DNA of 64,000 nt. It comes from Candidatus Latescibacterota bacterium (GTDB lineage: Bacteria > Latescibacterota > UBA2968 > UBA8231). Location of the stretch: positions 128,001 through 192,000 of the forward strand of contig CBDCDC010000001.1 in NCBI GenBank assembly GCA_965215195.1. Direction: 5' to 3'. The notes beneath the pieces are model-generated. The model was given only the letters and a program-made list of their open reading frames with translations, ran no database searches and was not told the origin of the DNA. Positions 58,405 to 64,000 of the stretch are shown here, piece by piece (position 1 is the first letter of the stretch; every line of letters starts with the position of its first letter). The position numbers and the translations under genes were made by a program.

Positions 58405-58433
58405 ATGATAAGTTGATTTTTTTCAATTATCAA
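58405..58433 (-). promoter_or_regulatory. Operon promoter TTGATA-N17-TATCAT overlapped by a palindromic operator
   Basis: TGATAA-g-TTGA-N6-TCAA-TTATCA at 58406-58432 in an AT-rich intergenic region. Confidence 0.6.
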
Positions 58434-58529
58434 TGATTTTTTGCGCTCATTTGTTCTATCCTCCTTGAACGGAGGAATTGCCGAAGTATTCACGATGGTG
58501 AAACGACGGTTTGGTTCGCATCGCGGCCT

Positions 58530-60614
58530 TCACACTTCCACGTTCAACGCGCTGACCACGCCTGGTACGCCCATGCTATTCAAGGCGCGCATCTCCAGCA
58601 CGTTCAGTCCTTCGTGCAGCGACCAGTCGATCTGGGCCGGCCTCTCCTGCCATGATTGCCCATCGATCCGCACTTGGAAGGCCAGAAAACCGGGCGTTTC
58701 CGTGTCCAAGTAAATGCGCAACTGGCGTTCGCCAATAGCCTCGGCGACGTACCGCGTTTGATTGAGCGTTGGGTAGAAATCCGCCCGCCGGTTGGTATGC
58801 TGGGCAAAGTGGGGTAGCGGCGGGACTTGGTCGTCGGCCCAGTTGAGATAGCCGTTCCACGACCACACTTCGGTACCTTGGCTCACCGGCAGGGGCCGGG
58901 GCCGGCTGAACACGTCAAAGCGCGGCACGATGCGGAAGTGGCAAAACGAGCGGAATAAAAAGAGCGCACCCTCCGCAGTGGAATGTTGGTAGTCTCCATC
59001 GTAGAAGGCAATGGGCAGGTCTTTTACAAGCGCCTCCAAGTCTTGGTGAAAAAGATACGGGCGATCCCAGCGTTCGGGACGCTCCAGCCGTGCGGCCAGC
59101 ACTTGGTGGATTTCTTGGGTGTCTAGCGGCACCAAGGTTCGGGGGTCGTACCAGTAGTAATCGCGGGTGGCGTCTAAGTGCATCCACTTGCCGTAGTCAT
59201 TGGACCAGACCTCGGCGATTTCGTGGCCGGTCATACCCTCGCTGTGGAAATTGAGGTGGCGGGCGGGGATGCCCATGCTCAGACAGGCGGCCACCAGAAC
59301 CACATTGGGATACAGGCACATGTGGTCGCGCCGCCGCTGGTCGTACTGGTTCATCCGAATGGCGCCGTTCTCGTCCCGTTCAAGACAGACCCAAGCGAGC
59401 GGGTCCCACGGGAAATGGCTGCAGTCGCTCAAGGGGATGTGATACGCCCAGCGGTGCAGCCGCGCAATTTTATCGAATTCAGTCTGTGCCCCAGCCACTA
59501 CCGCGTCTAGTTCGCATTGCTGGCGCAAATCCCGCAGTGGCTGGGCGCGATAGTCTTCATACGGCATGGGGATAGACGGCCTTAGAATTTGGGCGTTCTT
59601 GGTGCTGACCAAACGGCCTGTAAACCGCTCCCCTTGCTGGAAGTCGGCGTTGATCTGGACGCTTTTGAGCACCGGGGATTGCAACCTGTCTGCGGCTAAA
59701 AAACCGACTTTCCACTGGAGATAGCGGCCTCTGACTGTTGCCGGTTGTCCGCCATAGACCTGCCAGTCGCTCCAGTGGTCTGGATCCCAGACGGGACGAG
59801 AGCCGGTTCGCAAGGCCCAATTGAGCCGGGTGCCGGCGGGGATATCCGCGTCCCAGTCGAGGGTTATGCGCTGCAGGCTACGCTCGCTTTTAACAGCGTC
59901 TTCCGGCTCGCCAGCCGCGTCGATCACCTTAGAGACCAGCTCGCCATTGCTGCGAAAGCGGTCAAGGGCCAGCCGCAGCACGTATTCCCCGCGTTCTTCT
60001 TCCCAAGTTTGGCCCCCATCGGCACTATGGCGGCTGGCGTAGGGAAGCGTTACTGGATCGACCATGCCTTTGTAAAAATCGCGGTAGTCCGCCACCATTA
60101 GCTGCCAGCCAGCCAAGCCCTCTACTGCGGCCACTTCAATCACATTTTCGCCTAGCCGCAGCGTCTCTGGCGGAATATCCACATAGTACCAGCGGCTCCA
60201 ACTCCACTGCCCCACCAGCAACTCCCAGTACTGGTTGGCATGGGGTGCGGCTTGGCGCGAAGGGGGACGCAGGACTGGGTGACCGTTTATTGTAAACTGG
60301 AGGGTGGATTGGTTGTCTTGGCGTTCCTTGGCTATAAACGCCAACTGGGTTCCAAGCACAGCCGGATCATCCAACTGTAGGGTTTTGCGGAACACTGTCT
60401 GGCCGCTCACCTCGACAAAAGGCTCGATGTCTTCTTGGTCTGAACGGCCCGAGCCGGGCGCGTCGTTGTCGATCACTTGGCCGCGAAACAAGCGGATGCC
60501 CTCGTCCGGCTGACCCATCCACAGATCCGTCGTTTTGGCGGCGCTAGTGTAGGCCTCTTCGGCTTTCGTAAAAATGGTAACGCGTTGCTCTTTGCGGGCA
60601 GTAGAGACCGTCAT
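58530..60614 (-). CDS. Transglutaminase-like (Cys-His-Asp) domain protein
   Basis: HMCLY...GIPAR...GHEIAEVWSNDYGKWMHLDAT. Confidence 0.75.
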   Translation of the reverse strand: MTVSTARKEQRVTIFTKAEEAYTSAAKTTDLWMGQPDEGIRLFRGQVIDNDAPGSGRSDQEDIEPFVEVSGQTVFRKTLQLDDPAVLGTQLAFIAKERQDNQSTLQFTINGHPVLRPPSRQAAPHANQYWELLVGQWSWSRWYYVDIPPETLRLGENVIEVAAVEGLAGWQLMVADYRDFYKGMVDPVTLPYASRHSADGGQTWEEERGEYVLRLALDRFRSNGELVSKVIDAAGEPEDAVKSERSLQRITLDWDADIPAGTRLNWALRTGSRPVWDPDHWSDWQVYGGQPATVRGRYLQWKVGFLAADRLQSPVLKSVQINADFQQGERFTGRLVSTKNAQILRPSIPMPYEDYRAQPLRDLRQQCELDAVVAGAQTEFDKIARLHRWAYHIPLSDCSHFPWDPLAWVCLERDENGAIRMNQYDQRRRDHMCLYPNVVLVAACLSMGIPARHLNFHSEGMTGHEIAEVWSNDYGKWMHLDATRDYYWYDPRTLVPLDTQEIHQVLAARLERPERWDRPYLFHQDLEALVKDLPIAFYDGDYQHSTAEGALFLFRSFCHFRIVPRFDVFSRPRPLPVSQGTEVWSWNGYLNWADDQVPPLPHFAQHTNRRADFYPTLNQTRYVAEAIGERQLRIYLDTETPGFLAFQVRIDGQSWQERPAQIDWSLHEGLNVLEMRALNSMGVPGVVSALNVEV

Positions 60615-60755
60615 TGCACTTCCTTCCGTCAATGGAGCTTACTGGCAGCAGAAAGTGATTTATAGTATATATGGCCTGACAGCACAAGAGGTTTTTCATC
60701 CTTTGCGTAGGTTGCGCATCCGATCCATCCTTGGCGCAAGCATTGGAGTTAGCGG

Positions 60756-62714
60756 ATGCAAGTTTTAAGAAAGAAAAATCAGGACGCGGCGGCAGCGGGT
60801 GTTACGGTGCGTTCTCTGCTAGTCGGGTCTTTGATGACGCTGGGCATCAGCACCATAGCACCCTACAGCAACATGATCCTGCGCGGCTCAAACTTTGCCC
60901 TCGATTTTAGTACGGCCGGCGCGATCTTTTTGTTTTTTCTCTTGGTGTTTTTTATTCAAACCGGGCTCAAGGCCCTGCATCCCCGCTTGAGCCTGCGGCG
61001 CGAGGAACTGGTGGTCATCTACATCATGGCCATCGTGGGCTGCGCCATCCCCAGTATGGGGCTCACCGAATACCTCCTGCCCATCACGAGCGGCGTGCTC
61101 TACTACGCTACCCCGGAAAACGAGTGGGCCGAGCTGATTCACCCTTTTGTACGCCCTTGGCTCGTACCGCAAGACTACGATGCAGCCCGGTATTTCTACG
61201 AAGGTCTGCCCGAGGGAATGCCCATACCGTGGTCCGCTTGGTTGGTGCCCCTGTTGGCTTGGATGCCTCTCATTCTGTGCGTGTACGTGGCCATGGTTTG
61301 CATTGCGGTCATCTTGCGGCGTCCTTGGATCCAAGACGAACGCCTGAATTTTCCGCTCATTCAAGTGCCCATCGCCATGATTGCCGAGGGCGGGCCAGCG
61401 GACAGACTCAGTCCCTTTTTCAAGAATCCGATTATGTGGGCGGGCTTTGCCATTCCCTTCGTCATCGGCTCCATCCGCGCCCTGCACAACTACTACGACT
61501 TTGTCCCGGACATCGTTCTGGTCACCAGCATCCCGCTTTTCCGCAATACCACCAACCTGCAGATCGCCCTGAGCTTCCCCATGGTGGGTTTCGCCTTTCT
61601 GGTCAATCTCGATATCGCTTTTAGTGTCTGGTTTTTTAATCTGGTCGGCCGCGTCCAAGAAGGCACCCTTGGCATTTTGGGGGTGGCGAGTACGGAAAAG
61701 CTCAATTTCGCCACCATCCCCATCTTCGCCCATCAGGGCATGGGTGCCATGATCGTGCTGGTATTCTTCAGCCTGTGGATGGCCCGCCGGCATCTGGTGC
61801 GGGTTTTCCGCAAGGCGTTCATGGGGCTCCCGGATGTCGATGATTCAGACGAGATGCTGTCCTACCGGGCCGCTGTTTGCGGCCTTATAGGCACGAGTCT
61901 TTTTATCGGGGTTTGGCTGGCACTGGCGGGTTTGGCGTGGTGGGTGGTGCCCATCTATTTATTCGCCATGTTCACGCTGTTCGTCGGCATTACCCGGGTT
62001 GTGGCCGAAGGCGGTATTGCCGCCACCCGGGCCCCGCTGATCGCCGCGGATTTTGTCACTTCGGGTCTGGGTTCTGCAGTGCTCGGAGGCCAGACCATCA
62101 CAGCGCTAAGTTTTACTTATGTTTGGGCCGCTGACATCCGCACCTTTGTCCTCGCGTCCTGCGCCAATGGCCTCAAATTGGCCGAAGAGTATTTGCGCGG
62201 GAGCAAACGGGCACTGTTTGCCGCCATCATGCTGGCCATCTGCATTAGTCTGGGGGCTTCTATTTGGATCGTACTCTATCTGAGCTATACCTACGGCGGC
62301 GTTAATCTAGAGCCTTGGTTTTTCATCAGCGGCCCCCAAGTGCCCTTCAAATTTGTGGCGCGCGAGTTCCACGCGCTAGACGGACCCGATCTGGTAGGCT
62401 GGATTTCGACCTTAGTCGGCGGCGGGGTCATGGCCCTGCTGATGGTCGCGCGTCAGCACCTGTTCTGGTGGCCCCTACACCCGCTCGGGTATGCCGTCAG
62501 CGCCAGCACCTATCTGACCAACTACATTTCTTTCAGCGTCTTTTTGGCTTGGCTCATCAAGGCCATCATTCTCAAGTACGGAGGCCCGGCCTATTTTCGG
62601 CAGGCCTGCCCTTTCTTTTTGGGATTGATTCTGGGCCAATTTTCCGTGGCCGGGGCGTGGCTGGCTATCGACTACTTTACGGGCATGACCGGCAACTCCA
62701 TTTACTGGGTATAG
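60756..62714 (+). CDS. Multi-pass membrane protein, DUF6785/DUF6784 (OPT-like peptide transporter) type
   Basis: Many TM helices; ERLNFPL, TRVVAEGG, WWPLHPLGY, KYGG..PFFLGLILG. Confidence 0.7.
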   Translation: MQVLRKKNQDAAAAGVTVRSLLVGSLMTLGISTIAPYSNMILRGSNFALDFSTAGAIFLFFLLVFFIQTGLKALHPRLSLRREELVVIYIMAIVGCAIPSMGLTEYLLPITSGVLYYATPENEWAELIHPFVRPWLVPQDYDAARYFYEGLPEGMPIPWSAWLVPLLAWMPLILCVYVAMVCIAVILRRPWIQDERLNFPLIQVPIAMIAEGGPADRLSPFFKNPIMWAGFAIPFVIGSIRALHNYYDFVPDIVLVTSIPLFRNTTNLQIALSFPMVGFAFLVNLDIAFSVWFFNLVGRVQEGTLGILGVASTEKLNFATIPIFAHQGMGAMIVLVFFSLWMARRHLVRVFRKAFMGLPDVDDSDEMLSYRAAVCGLIGTSLFIGVWLALAGLAWWVVPIYLFAMFTLFVGITRVVAEGGIAATRAPLIAADFVTSGLGSAVLGGQTITALSFTYVWAADIRTFVLASCANGLKLAEEYLRGSKRALFAAIMLAICISLGASIWIVLYLSYTYGGVNLEPWFFISGPQVPFKFVAREFHALDGPDLVGWISTLVGGGVMALLMVARQHLFWWPLHPLGYAVSASTYLTNYISFSVFLAWLIKAIILKYGGPAYFRQACPFFLGLILGQFSVAGAWLAIDYFTGMTGNSIYWV

Positions 62715-62718
62715 ACGC

Positions 62719-63444
62719 TCAGCCCTCGTCGTATCCCTTTACGGGCCGCGCCCAGATATTGCGATAGCGCACCAAGTCGCCGTGGTCTTGTAGGCGGAGC
62801 GGGCCGGTGGGGGGATGCGCTTCGTAGCGATAGACGCCGCGGTGGCCCGTGGGGCCTAAGACCTCGACGTGGTGGTGGACTAAGACGCCGTTGTGGGCCA
62901 AAGTGAGATAGGCCGGGCTGACTAGCTCGGTGCCGTTGAAGCGCGGGGCCTTCCAGAATATGTCGTAGGTTTGCCATTGGCCGGGCGGGCGGCAGGCGTT
63001 GACCAGCGGCGGGTACTCGCCATAGACAGCGGCTGTGGTGCCATCGGCATACGTGGGGTTGTCGTACCCGTCGAGGACTTGGATCTCGTATAGGCTCATG
63101 AGGAAGACGCCGCTGTTGCCGCGCCCTTGGCTGTCGCCTTGGATCGCGCTGGGGCAGGCGAATTCGAGGTGGTATTGGACGTCGCCAAAGTGCGCCGTGC
63201 TCACGATGTCGCCGGAACGAGGCACGACCTCCACGTAGCCGTCGGCCACCTGCCAAGGGGCGTCGCCGCCGTTGGTGCTCTGCCAGCCGTCGAGGTTGGT
63301 CCCATCGAAGAGGACGACCGCATCCGAGGGGGGGCTGTTGTCGCGGCCGGGGGTCACAACCGCTGGGGCGGGCCGCCGGTGATCGTGGACGCAATAGGGA
63401 GAGTTGGGTAGCAGGGGGGTATCGTCGTAGCCTGATTTGCCCAT
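62719..63444 (-). CDS. DUF1080 (3-keto-disaccharide hydrolase family) protein
   Basis: VLFDG..L.GW, GNSGVF, YEIQVLD, G.WQ.YDI, LQDHG..VRYRNIW. Confidence 0.9.
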   Translation of the reverse strand: MGKSGYDDTPLLPNSPYCVHDHRRPAPAVVTPGRDNSPPSDAVVLFDGTNLDGWQSTNGGDAPWQVADGYVEVVPRSGDIVSTAHFGDVQYHLEFACPSAIQGDSQGRGNSGVFLMSLYEIQVLDGYDNPTYADGTTAAVYGEYPPLVNACRPPGQWQTYDIFWKAPRFNGTELVSPAYLTLAHNGVLVHHHVEVLGPTGHRGVYRYEAHPPTGPLRLQDHGDLVRYRNIWARPVKGYDEG

Positions 63445-63574
63445 GTGGAAAAGCTCCTTGTTGGGGTGAGATAGGTTGGGATATAAAGGGAGCAGAACGC
63501 ACTCGCGTCAATAGCCCGTCCTCGAGCACCGCATTATCATTATAATATTGAATGCCATTCAACGAGAGGGCGTG

Positions 63575-64000
63575 ATGGTACGCACACCGATGTACAGAAT
63601 TGCACTAGTCGCGCTCGCGCTGTGCGCCGCGGCGGAAGCGCAAATATCGCTGTGGCAAATCGGCGGGGCCGGGCTGGCCTGGGACGAAAGCGACACCACG
63701 CGGGTCGTCATGGACATCAACGCCGATCGCATCCGGCCGGTGTATTTTGCCGCCGGCGACAACATGTTCCTAGCGGTAGCGGGTTGGTCCGAGCTGATCG
63801 CCCCGCGCGAATTAGGATACCTCGACGGGCATCAGCCGCGGCTGTGGTATGGCGACGGCACGAACGTCAACCAAACTTCGTACTACGACAGCCCGCTCTA
63901 CGTGGATGGGCTGCGGAGCACGTACAACACGGCCCGCGATGGCTGGTGGACCATCGACATCGGCGTACCCGTGCCAGCCACGCGCTTTGGGTTTGCCACG
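63575..64000 (+). CDS. Secreted hypothetical protein, 5' part (runs off the window)
   Basis: Open frame MVRTPMYRIALVALALCAAAEAQISLWQIGG...WWTIDIGVPVP; GAGAGG RBS; TATAAT at 63541. Confidence 0.7.
   Translation, partial: MVRTPMYRIALVALALCAAAEAQISLWQIGGAGLAWDESDTTRVVMDINADRIRPVYFAAGDNMFLAVAGWSELIAPRELGYLDGHQPRLWYGDGTNVNQTSYYDSPLYVDGLRSTYNTARDGWWTIDIGVPVPATRFGFAT

Overview
A GC-rich bacterial window. Its gene repertoire suggests an FCB-related candidate phylum such as Latescibacterota (inference from many FlgD-Ig/'YPNPFNP' C-terminal domain proteins, DUF6785, DUF1080 and a CRTAC1-like protein). The left half (1-33.4 kb) is housekeeping and metabolic genes: uvrA, thpR, two creatininases, a THUMP methyltransferase, SDR, Gfo/Idh/MocA, SppA, YciO/TsaC-like, selB and an RPH-like dikinase. 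These are interrupted by defence-type insertions: a Uma2 nuclease flanked by a duplicated uvrA promoter, an HNH nuclease, a type IIG R-M enzyme, an ABC-ATPase+DUF3226 pair, hicBA with a disabled toxin, a C5-MTase with an internally deleted REase, two stand-alone AAA ATPases and several TA/nuclease scars. The right half is dominated by a ~22 kb, 14-gene minus-strand operon (36.6-58.3 kb). It encodes two secreted FlgD-Ig-domain proteins, three paralogous ~900-1040 aa probable outer-membrane beta-proteins with Ca-binding loops, a 1080 aa TPR protein, lipoproteins, a membrane-anchored DUF4159 protein, a CsgG/FlgT-like protein and an ExbB + 2x ExbD motor, with no recognisable TonB-dependent receptor. 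This operon is the best candidate for an undescribed PMF-driven envelope machine. No rRNA, tRNA or CRISPR array was seen. All family calls come from motif recognition by eye, not database searches.
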